In this document: piece by piece, positions 35,175 to 45,899 of the stretch | How the letters are laid out: each line of letters begins with the position of its first letter | How positions within the stretch are numbered: the stretch's first letter is position 1 | Source of the DNA: Psammoneis japonica | Taxonomy: Eukaryota | Length of the DNA: 59,324 nt | Reading direction: 5' to 3' | NCBI GenBank assembly: GCA_008632985.1 | Contig: QPGO01000206.1 | Location: forward strand, 62,001-121,324 | The notes under the pieces: model-generated | The model's database searches: none | Told to the model about the DNA's origin: nothing | The model's input: the letters and a program-made list of their open reading frames with translations, nothing else | Translations under genes and position numbers: made by a program

Positions 35175-35737
35175 AATTTGTAGGGTTTGACCGCGGAGTC
35201 TAACTATGCCAGAGTCCTTGCCAGACATCCAACGTAGTGGTGGGTATTGCCATTATGACGCAGCTTATACCTTATCATGAGTGTTGATTGCGGACGCAGA
35301 GGTGCTGGGCTTGAGGAACTTGCGAACCAAAAAAATTACACGAACAGCATTTTGAGCGCATATTCGGTCACTATGTCGAGGCGGCATCATCGACCTCTTC
35401 CAACACAGGCAGTCTGTATGGTAGGACCCTGCATTATCGATGCAGTATCCCAGCTGAGTAGGGTACGGCAGTCGATGTCACTCCTTGCGACTGTAGCCGT
35501 CAGTCGTGGAGCGAAACTGCTGGTGCTTTCGACGTTTTCGCATTACAGCACAGCGCATGGCTTTCTAACTTTTCTGTCAGAGGCGATCGAACCTTACTAC
35601 CGTGCTACACAACTCTAGTAGCTACATTTATCTGTCTTTTAAAAAAAAATATTGCAGCCTCTTCTCCGGCATTGCACGATCAAACAAATGGGAAGACACG
35701 ACAAATTTACCAGTAGACAACACCTAATCGCAGCTGT

Positions 35738-36166
35738 CTAGTCCGAATCTTCCTTGGCAGCAGAAGTATCGGAGGTATCACCTCCTTGTAATTCTTTCTT
35801 GATTTCTTTCGCTTGCATCTCTCCCTCCTCTAATCCCTTTTGGAATTCCTTGGGGACTTCCTTGAGCTCGCCGGCAATCTTGCCAGCGTCCTTTCCGAGT
35901 TCGGCAAGTTTCTGGGGGCCAAGCAAAAAGGCCGCGGCAACAAGAATGATAGCCACTTCAGGTGCACCCAAGCCAAAGAGTCCCATTGTTTGCACTTGTG
36001 CCACCGACTTTCTCTGATTGACAAGTGCAGTTGGACGATCGAAGTCTGATGCTGGACCGAAGCTTCGAGACGCCACAAAGGGCGCGGATGCTCGTGGGTA
36101 CTGAATCGGCACGAAAGCGGCAGCTCCAAGTAACATACTCAGTAAAGCGGCAATGATTCCCTTCAT
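35738..36166 (-). CDS. tatA: Plastid twin-arginine translocase TatA/B (Tha4/Hcf106-like)
   Basis: [34 protein letters not shown]; signal peptide with AAA-FVP. Confidence 0.85.
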   Translation of the reverse strand: MKGIIAALLSMLLGAAAFVPIQYPRASAPFVASRSFGPASDFDRPTALVNQRKSVAQVQTMGLFGLGAPEVAIILVAAAFLLGPQKLAELGKDAGKIAGELKEVPKEFQKGLEEGEMQAKEIKKELQGGDTSDTSAAKEDSD

Positions 36167-37399
36167 GACTGCAATGTTGGCGTCACAAGTTCACTCAAGA
36201 ATGCAGCTAAGGTGTCGTGTCAACATGAACTGATGTTGTCACACCACACGGAGCGATCGCTTGTACCTTATACAGTATCTTGCTTCCCGCTTTCATCACA
36301 TTGATTGATGTCTTGACTTCTTGACACGTGGTGCGGATTGGATTGTGTGAAAGATACTTCAACCCGATGACGTGCAGACTGCCTGTGTGCCTGCATGGCG
36401 GGCTGCCATGCATGAAAACATGACCCACTGCGTACGACGCGAAATGACCCACACTGACCGTGCGTTGGGTCACCTTTCTTCTGAGCCGTTGAACATTTTG
36501 AACGCGCTCATGCAAGACTAAGAGCCACGGCCGTTTGCTTGCCCCATTGCTCTCCTCATTCCTCCAAAGAGCAACCAAGAGCAACAGCCACAAGCGGGCA
36601 GTTTTGGTGCTCCCACCTCTGCCGCCCTCTGGCCCTGCCGCTCCAGCTTGGGTTTGGGAGCGAGGCCTGCACACCCGCCAGCAAAGTCGCTCCAGTCTGA
36701 CAGTGGAGCCATGGCATCTCTCTGGTTTAAATGTTCCCAAAATTTCATCAAACAAAGCGTCTGGGGTTTTTGCAAAACAGCGAGTCTGGAACAATTTTTT
36801 GGAAGATCACATGCAGAAATCCACGTGCAAAACATGTGACGGATGACAAAAAAAGATTGTGCTGCACATCAGCACCACAAGCTCCCACCTGGGGCTGGAG
36901 TGAATCTGTCATTTGCAGCCAGCAGCCACTTGACTCTTCCACTGCACTGACAAAGCATCCAAAATGTGTGCAAAGCAGCACACCTGCACAAAGCAGCATC
37001 AGCAAGAGCTCAGAGTGGCGCTGACAAAGTGCCAGAGTTGGTGACAACAGCCAAGCCCCCAGGGCCAGCAGCCCCCTGTTTAAAAGAGGAAAAGTGTGAG
37101 CAACAACAAGCAGGCAAGCCAGGGGAAGCAGGGAGAGAAAAAGGTTTGGGCAGGAAGAAGAAAAACAAAACGAGAGACAGAGAGAAGAGAGAGCAGCTCT
37201 CTCTGGGGCGGCACCTGGGAAAAGTGTGCGGCAGCAAGAGTGACAAGCTCAAAAGCTCCCTGCAAACCAGTGACAGCAGGTGACATGTGCGCCAGTGAGA
37301 AAGAGTGAGCAAAGATCTCAGAGAGATCATCTTGTCCATCTAAAAAGAGCCTGACCATCATCCACACACAATCTGCCCATGCACCCTGTGCAGCAGAGC

Positions 37400-38900
37400 A
37401 GGCTGACAACCTCCCCTGATCCAACATGTTGAGAAACCTGATGATGCAGATCACAAATCACAAAGAAAGGGAAAACAATCTCATGCAAAGGGATGCAAAA
37501 CAAACCGGATGACTCTGGTGGGAAGGAGTCGGACATCACAAAATCACAAAAGGCAGCTCAACAGATGCCAGCAACAACAAATCAGCAAAAGTGCCCCATC
37601 ATTTGATGGGCATGACGGACATGGAGTGTCAATCTGAGAGCCTTGGTGAGGCCATTGCTTGGATTGACAATGCCAGGGATGTGTCGTGTGACAATGTGGC
37701 CGGCATCCTTTTCCAGCCCTGAAGAGCAAGCCACTGGACATCAATGTGGCGAGAGCGCTCGGTCGGGGTGCAATTGTTGATGATCATGATGGCCAATTTG
37801 TCGTCAATGTGCAATGGATTGGTGAGTCCTGAGGGGGGAACTGAGCTCTTGAAGAACTGAGTGGAGACACAAAACCAACTTGGCAGTGGCGCCGGCAGCA
37901 TGGAATTCCGCCTCCATTGAGCTGGCGCAGTCACTGTCTGTCTGTGTCTTGCATTGACATGCAACAGCACCAGCCAAAACACAAGCATGCCCAGTGGTCA
38001 AGTGATGGTTGCATGTCCAGTGGTCAAGTGATGGTTGTGAAGGTCATTTCCACAAGCTGCACCCAAAAAAGCCTGCAGTTGAGACAGAGAATCCGGAGTC
38101 AGAAAAGGAGGCAATGAAGCACATCAGGAAAAAATCATTCAAAAGGGTGCGGCAGCAAGGTGTCATCCTTGGATGGCTTGTGACAATTGATGTCCCAGCA
38201 CTTTGCATGACAAGATGCTTGGCAACAACCCCCTTTAAAGCCTGGCAGTGAACAGGTGCTGGGTGTGACGCGAACTTGGAGAGTGTGGTGACAGCATGGC
38301 CAATGTTGAGGCGAGAAATGACACAGGCACACAGCAGCTCCCCAAGGAGAGTTCAATGTCCAAAACCCTGAGCTTCTGCCAAATCCTGACACTTGGGTGC
38401 ACCTTCCACAGGACCTGTGTCCAAGTGCAAGGTGCCAATTGGGAAAGAGAGTCAACGGGAACAGGGGCAACCATGAAATCTGAGTCAGATTCATCATCAG
38501 CAGGTTGCAACCAACCATGCAATCGCAGCACTTGGTCAATGCATCAATGACAAGCAGCTGACACTGAGTCATTGCACTGGCATGTGCCCACACCGTTGAA
38601 CACTGCACAGAGCCCAAACACTTTTAAGGAGACAGAATCCTCACCAGGTGGTTGCAGTGATGAGCCAATTGCATCGAAAGTCTTGAAAGCATGCGGGATC
38701 CCACAGGGCACACAATGGCAAAATCATCAACCTGGCGCAAAAGGAGGATCTGTTTGCCATCGCATGTGCCCAAGCAGGTGCACTTGTCATGGGCGGTGTT
38801 CCAAAAAAGCAACTTGAGATTCATCAAGATGGGGTTGAGATCTGCCTCTCACTTCTTCTCTGCTGGTGCTCGTGTTGTCACAGCCCCAGTGCTTGGGGAG
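37400..38900 (-). mobile_element. Ty1/copia (CoDi-like) pol relic: RT and RNase H, PPT and start of 3' LTR
   Basis: LLRQVDDFAI (RT), LLGELL..IGHAVTTLSKF, SSMEAEF and TERSRHIDVQW (RNase H); minus-strand purine tract AGGGGAGG followed by TGTCAG at 37408. Confidence 0.85.
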
Positions 38901-39499
38901 TCTTTCATGACATCATCCTCATTGCCCTTCGGTGTTCTGTCAGGTTGTGGCCTTGTGCTGTGCCACTGAACTCTGCACCATGCTTTCTGTTTCGATTCAT
39001 TTGTTTTGTGAGCTGATCAAGCAAGCCTCATCTTTGTTCCTGAAACAAATTTTTTTCTTGCTTTCCTGGCATTTTTCACGATCATAGAAACATGCCAGAT
39101 TTCTGTGTGTGCATGACCAGAAATGTTTTCACCAGGCAAAACCATGGTGTCTCCCAACCTTGCAAAGGCTGCTCCCACATTTGTTGCAGGGATCCACTGT
39201 GAATTCTGAGCACATGTGATGACACCACATCTCCACGCGTGCAGCTGCTTGACCCAAGAAGAACATTGTGGACTTGCTCCAAGACTGTCTTGTCACTCAA
39301 GCATTTCCACCTTGCATGATGGATCCTGCAGACATGCAATCCATCAAAGCGATTGTAGATCAAGGAAGCTCCATTTTACGTTGTGGACCCTGACAGGCCT
39401 CATGTGATTCATTTGACACCAGAAGCTCTGTCATCCACGATCAAGCTGAACCTTCAGAATCATGATCAGTCGTTGTTCATTGTCACATCCACGCAACAC

Positions 39500-40900
39500 A
39501 TTCATGCTGATCCTGATGTGATGTGGAATTGCAGGGGCTGGAAAGAGTTTTCTCTTGCTCCCTGCCAGCAGAAGACACTGTCTGCACCCTCGTCCTGACT
39601 GGCACAGGAGCTGCAACTGTTGGTGTGAATGATTTAGCAGCAGCCCTCAATGAGTTTGCATGGAGCCATGCTCCACCTTCAGCTGCTGCTGTCAAAACAT
39701 CAGGAGGTGCCACATCATCCATGACATCGAAGCACCTCTTCAACCCCATCACTCTGCCCATGGATGTGCGTGAATGCTGTGACCATGAGGAACACAGTGC
39801 AGTTGCTCTGAAGAGTTCACTCGTCTCTCATTGTGACCATGGATTCCATCATCACATTGATGCCTCAGACCATGTCATTCTCAATGATGGCATGCACTTT
39901 GTCATGAGCTCCACCCCCAATCAAAAGATGTTGTTTGGGGAACCACCAATGTGTCATGACAACTCTCCTGCTGGGATGCGGGCGTGGCATCAAAATTTCC
40001 AACGTCACTCTTTCGACTCTGGGGATGCTGCATCCATCCCATGTGGTGTTTCACCAAGGATCATGGTGGTGAGAAGGGCTTCATGATCGGAAATGTCAAA
40101 GACGATGACTCACTCTGATGCATGTGTGTTCATTGCAAAGAAGCCCAGAGTTCTCTCCACAAGATTCCATCCAAAGCAGATGTGTTTCCCAAGAACAGCA
40201 GGCATCATTGCATTGTCGCCTTGTGCTGTGGCAATGGACACAAGGCCCTCAAGCAGATTCCACACAAGAGTCATCCAGCATTTGACCATGAAGCAGCTGG
40301 ATCAGTGGATTTGCACCCTGCTCAAGGCAACCCATCATTGACGGACTGCCACATTGTTTTCAAAGATTTCCACAGTTGCGTGCTCACATCTTTGATGTGC
40401 ACTCCACGTTGAATGATCCACGAGAGATGACTGTCTTCATCAAGAACACCAAACACTCCAAGTTCTTGTCCCATGCCATGAGGGATGAACAGAAGTCCCT
40501 GGCTGTGCTCAAGAAATGCATCGACACTCAGATTGTTGAAACCCTGTCTGACTTCCTTCATCAACCTGACAGTCCTTTGGTCACCACCCATGCGAGCCCT
40601 CGCACCTCACACCATGAATGGGGCCAGAATCAGGGAGCAAGACCCTCAATGCACAGCTTTTGATGTCAATGCTTTGTCATCCTGGACGTGCCTCCTGTTG
40701 AGGATGATTCTGATGGGGCACCCAATGATGCAGATGATTCACTGGATGACACCTTTGACACCCTTTGTGACGAATTAGCTGGCATGGATGTGCCACCTGT
40801 GGATGAGGATCGCCTCCTCCATCATGCACACTCGGCTTCTGCACACAGAAAGAATGGCACGTTGGTTGCCAGTTGGACTCATCACATTGTGGAGGAGATC
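39500..40900 (+). mobile_element. Copia gag-like relic, opposite orientation to the pol fragment
   Basis: Fragments MRAWHQNFQRHS, IHPMWCFTKDHGGEKGF and GNGHKALKQI..SHPAF resemble diatom copia Gag; broken by frameshifts. Confidence 0.55.
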
Positions 40901-40958
40901 GGCTGCTGTCTGCTGTGTGTCCCGCTTGCATTCTCTGTCGCCCGTCTGTGTGTCTCAA

Positions 40959-41695
40959 CTGCAGAGCGGGTTTGAAAGCCACCGCAGTCGTCAAGGGCAG
41001 TGGAGCATCTTCCAAGGTCACGAAATCCTTTTGCGTTGCCTCAACTCTGGCGGAATCCATCGTGAATGCGACGGAAGTGCCCACTCTTGGGGTCATGGAT
41101 CCATTTTCTGACTTTTGTGGTTGGACAAACACGGTTTCTGTTGTTTGGGTGCACACCGGACAGTGGAGTGTGTTGGCCACACCAACAACAGGAGGGCGAA
41201 GGCACCAACTTTCACACTGTGGTAATTTCTCTGTCAGTCTGCCAGAGGAGGGCAGGGATTTCATGATGATTCACAATGGCACTGCCATGGAGATCAAAAA
41301 GCAACACAAGACATCTGCACCAAGGCATCCAGGGGCGAGAAACGGAAAGAGAAACACGAGACTGCTCCTGCGTCTTCCGAGAGTGCCAAAAAAATGAAGG
41401 AAGAAATCCAAGGAATCATCTGCCAAGCACCAAGGCACTTGCATCATCCCCGTCTCATTGCACCAAGATGAGCAGCCCCAAGAAGGACAAGAGCGGAAAG
41501 ACTCCCGTGTGCACGCCGAGATCGTTCCATCCCAATCTTCCGGCCATTTCCAAAGAGAGGATCAAGAAGGGAAAAAAGACAAAAGACACCAGAACAAACA
41601 AACATGCCCAAGACAGAAAGGCACATTGACATGGCACAGCAAACATTTCTGCACATTGTTTCATCAAAAGCTGTTGGATGATTGTCGGTTGCCAT
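40959..41695 (-). pseudogene. Host-like multi-pass membrane gene relic, TpA-erased
   Basis: MATDNHPTAFDETM..MCLSVLGMFVCSGVFCLFSLL..SLSALVLLGAAHLG..WQMIPWISSFIF..LVFLFPFLAPG; 2 TGA stops, one frameshift, no Tyr. Confidence 0.4.
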
Positions 41696-43581
41696 CGTGC
41701 ACTTCGTGGCAGGGCAGTGGGATTCTTTCTTCGCTCTTTCGAAAGCATCACACAAGCTAGAAATGCTGCTCTCTCTGCTGCAGCTCTCTAGAAAGTCTTT
41801 TGAGCTACAGTGCTGTAGGGTGTCACCAAGCACAACAAGTTAATCCTTCGGCGTGCTAGGCCCACAGCACCGGCAGCTGTGATGATGGACTCGCACTCTA
41901 TGCAATCCATCCATGCATCAGACACCCTGACACAAGCACACGCAGATTTATTTGATTCTTCATCCCGCTGCTTTGGTCCCAATCCAATTAGGCGTGGCAG
42001 GCGCGCTCCTGATGAGCGTACAGACTATCACCGCGGTGCTATCGCGGGGAATTTGATCAAATCTCGCACCGACGATGGTGATGATTGCGACGCTAAGAAA
42101 GTTATCTAAACCTTCGATTCTGCGAGAACGTATTTGGCATATAATCAATTAGCATCTGTTGGATAGGTATCTAAATACGTTCTTCACGATTTTGATTTTG
42201 TGGCGAGCTATTGATAAACATACCGATTCAGTCGTTCGTGACGCCATGTCACGTGCCGAGTCTTCATCAACCACTCATTCGCCGGATTTTCGACACCCGC
42301 TGAGAGTAAAAGCCGGCGGATATATAAAGGCAAGTAATATAGAATCGAAATGGTGTTGTCATTGTGCCAAAGTCTCACTACTTGTTGTCTCACTCAACTG
42401 TCATGCAGACGCAGCCAATTTTCACAGTGTCAATCGTCGTGTGAGCTCATCGACGAATCCAATGTCGTAGTCCCGTCGTCAAACCCGTTTTAGCAACGCC
42501 AATGACAAGAGGAATATTTTTCAAGACTTTAATAAAGCAACTGCAATGCGATCAGCCAGTGTTTTTGAGTGGGAGAGGGTGGGGCGTGGGGCGGATTTTG
42601 GAGTGAAAATGCAGAGTGAAGTTGGCGTACTGTTTAAAAGAAGCAGTCAAACAACGTTGAAAAAGTTACCTATTGATGATACTCTCCTATAGAAGAATAA
42701 AGTTAGGTAATGGAAGTGCCCCCTTGCTTGTATATTCGCTAGATTGTTGGCAGAGACGCAATTGTCAATTCTGAAAATGGAAAAGTGTGGCTTGTAAATG
42801 TGTTTTCATGGATTGCTTCGTCCATTTAAAGCATGAAATAGGTCAAATAGAGTTGTCACAACGTCAATAATGAATTTTAAAGAAGACTATTGCCATAAAA
42901 TGTGCTTTGTGTTGATGTCATCGGCTATCTGTATCTCTTTGTCGAGAAAGGGTTCATCGACCCCGAGTCACGTGTCTTGAATCCCGCATGACCCGCTCGA
43001 CTCGAAATTTTTTGAAGAACTAGCTAGACTTTGACCCCGGCTAGAGCCACAAAATACCCGAGGTATGAGCATTATCGGTCTCCTACTCTTTAAACTAATG
43101 TCTTGCGAGAATGTAACAGGTATGTATTGTTCATGGTGTTGGGTATTTGGAAATGGAACTAACTTTTCGCGGGGCGCCTTTATTGCACGTGAAAGTACGA
43201 GGGACGATTTTTGGTGATATCTCTATTACTAACCAAACCTAACACTTGCGACCCCAAAACTTGTCGGGAACTTCTTATTAGAATAATATTAGTCGGCTGG
43301 AGTTGCATTTTGGTAAAAAATGGGGGGTTTGTGATTACACGTGGAAGCATGACGTTGGGCCCCATAGCTGCTGATGCGGTAACGTTGAAAGTCTCCAAAA
43401 TCAAGTCTCCGACAACCGGCAACTGCTCCCAATGGCGTTGTCACTTTGTCACCATTGCTCTCTCGGTTTGCGTTCCGTCGCTCTTTAAAGGGCCTCCCAC
43501 GCTTTCTTTGAGTTATTTCAGCGTTTTTCGTTTTTTGGTTAACTAAAGTAGCGTCCTTCACGCTCACGCTCTTGTTGTAAC

Positions 43582-45390
43582 ATGCGCTCGACAAACAACA
43601 ACCTAGACGAAACACTAAACACTGGCACCCCTGTATTGAACGATGCTTATGAGATAAATGTGCTTGTCATGAGCAAAGCTGGGAAGCTAATATTCAGTCG
43701 ATTCGGGGTTGAAGATGACGTCGTCAAGAGCTGCGCAATGATCGCTGCGATACGAAGCTCGCTGGTGGACAACAACATGTTTGGATTAGGCGATCTAGAC
43801 ACGATGAGATCAGAAGAGCTGACGATTGCTTTTATGTCGGTTGGATCTATAACACTTATTGCAACATCTCCGAGGAGTGCAGATAGTGAATATCAATCTG
43901 AAGCTTATTTGCGCCTTTTATTGGAATACATGTACTGCCGCATGCTTTTCACATTGACGGAGCAAGTGCAAACCGTTCTCGAAGATAATCCTGGTTTTGA
44001 TCTTGGTAACTTGCTTGGTTCTACTGAGAGTGACATTCTTGGGATCTTGGATGAGACTGGACAGTTCGGAAAATGGTCTCTCATCTTCACTGGCGGTGTG
44101 GAGATCATCTTTCCAATACAATCTCAAGTTCGCGAAGAGGCCTCAAGGGCTCTGTACACTGTTGGTAAAGCGACAGCCAACACCGTATTCGCTCTTCTTC
44201 TTGTGGATGACAAGCTTCTCACCATAGTACAGCCACACTATCGACCCCACCAAATGCGATCCTCGGACTTACATCTCATTGTCAACTTTATGAAGCACCA
44301 ACCCGGTATCTTGACAAGTGAGTTGTGGGTTCCAATGTGCCTTCCTCGATTCAACTCGAAGGGATTCCTCTACGCGTACTCCACTTGTTTAAATGACAAA
44401 CTGACTTTAATCCTTTTGAGTCAACAAAGTACGACAGATCAGTTCAAACTCTTTCAAAGAGCAGCAGAAAGCATTCGGCAAGAGCTGGGTCTCCCTTCGA
44501 TACCTGGGTCAGTTCTACGTATTGTCGGAAATGAGGACTTGAATGGCCAAGGAAATGATGTCACAGGAGATGATGTTGCTTGGAGGCGCAGCGAGATAGG
44601 CATGGATGAGCACACTTCAGAAGAAGACTATGTTAATGTGTCGGTTGAAGCTGGACCGCAATCTATGATCGCTGCGGAAGATGATCATGTCTTCCCGTTT
44701 CTCGAGGAATTGGAGAAGGCGTCCAAGACCAGCTTTCGTGAAGAGTTGCTGGAAGATTTCTGTACCATCTCCTCGGCAATTCATTTCTGCTTTCGAATTG
44801 ACGTGCCAGTACAAAATGGCGACCACAAGTCGCGACGAAAACACACCGCGACCGCAGGATCCTTGAGTCAGGTCATAAACTCACCCCTGGATTTTCCCTT
44901 TGTAACACCTTTGTCCAAACGGCACGTTTGCAACATGTATCAGAAATTGAATCTGCGGCTACGCCTTGGAGCGTCGACTGCGGAGACCACAATGGAAGCA
45001 CTTGACGCCACGATACATCATCAGACCACTATTGACAAGAGAACTGACAGCAGATCTATCGTTGATGTACATTGTCCTGGCATTTGTATGGCTGAATCTT
45101 TCCCGGATGTTGATGGGATAGCATATATAAAAGATGGCGGGGAGCTGTTTATCGGCTTAAGTGGGGACAGCTTTGAGTTGTAAGTAGTGCGGGTTGATTA
45201 TTTGGTATTTTCGCTGGCCCATTTGAGTTTTTCACTGTGTTCTTCGATCCTTGCCAATGAAACCTATAGGTACATGGCATTACCAAGTACGATCCCGCCA
45301 CACGATGCTACTGCCTTAGGTGGAAAACTAATCAGAACCATCCGAGCGAAAGAGAATGATCTATTTCTTGTTGAGCCCCTTACCTGGTAG
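43582..45390 (+). CDS. MON1: Vacuolar fusion protein Mon1, 2 exons: 43582-45179, 45270-45390
   Basis: SKAGKLIFSRFG, SDLHLIVN, WVPMCLPRFNSKGFLYAY; in-frame intron 45180-45269. Confidence 0.9.
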
Positions 45391-45791
45391 ACATGAGACG
45401 TTAAGTGAGCAGAAGGTACTACTCTGCGGACGACGGGGACACGTTACTCGTCGACTGGACTGACCCGATCAATCGAGAGGGCGAAGGAAACAGCTGGTTT
45501 CGGGTGTTGAGCCAACTTGGGTGGCCACTGCCGTGTTCTTACAATAATCTTGAAGCTATTGATTGCTGTTGGCGTTCGGTACCTGGACCTCCGTGAAACT
45601 TTCGACTGTAGCTGCATAACCCATCGAGGACAAGGAGGCAACAGCAACTGTCACGAATGGTGGCATCATACTGGGGAGCCAGCACGCCGAAGACATCGTG
45701 ACGCTACGTGTACAACATACTATGAACAGCCGGTGTGGCCACTTCGAAGAATCAATTTGTTCTGTCTAAGTACAGTATTTATATTTCTGTT

Positions 45792-45853
45792 CGCTTCGAC
45801 GGCTGCATTTATACTGGATTAACGCTTCGGCGGCTGCATTTATACTGGATTAA
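45792..45853. repeat. 2 x 31-bp tandem repeat
   Basis: CGCTTCG(A/G)CGGCTGCATTTATACTGGATTAA twice. Confidence 0.9.
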
Positions 45854-45899
45854 CTGGAAATTGTGTAGCAGCTTTCAATGGTTGTCTCGAGGGTGTAAA

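Noticed and set aside
38720..38750. RT motif QVDD as a mutated YVDD
   Set aside because: LRQVDDF is, to my knowledge, native in diatom CoDi elements, and Y->Q is not a single TpA transition; not used as evidence.
36520..41755. One intact LTR retrotransposon
   Set aside because: gag-like and pol pieces are in opposite orientations; no paired LTRs, integrase or TSD found.
41990..43560. Long intergenic stretch as a possible ncRNA or gene
   Set aside because: No convincing ORF, repeat or RNA signature seen.
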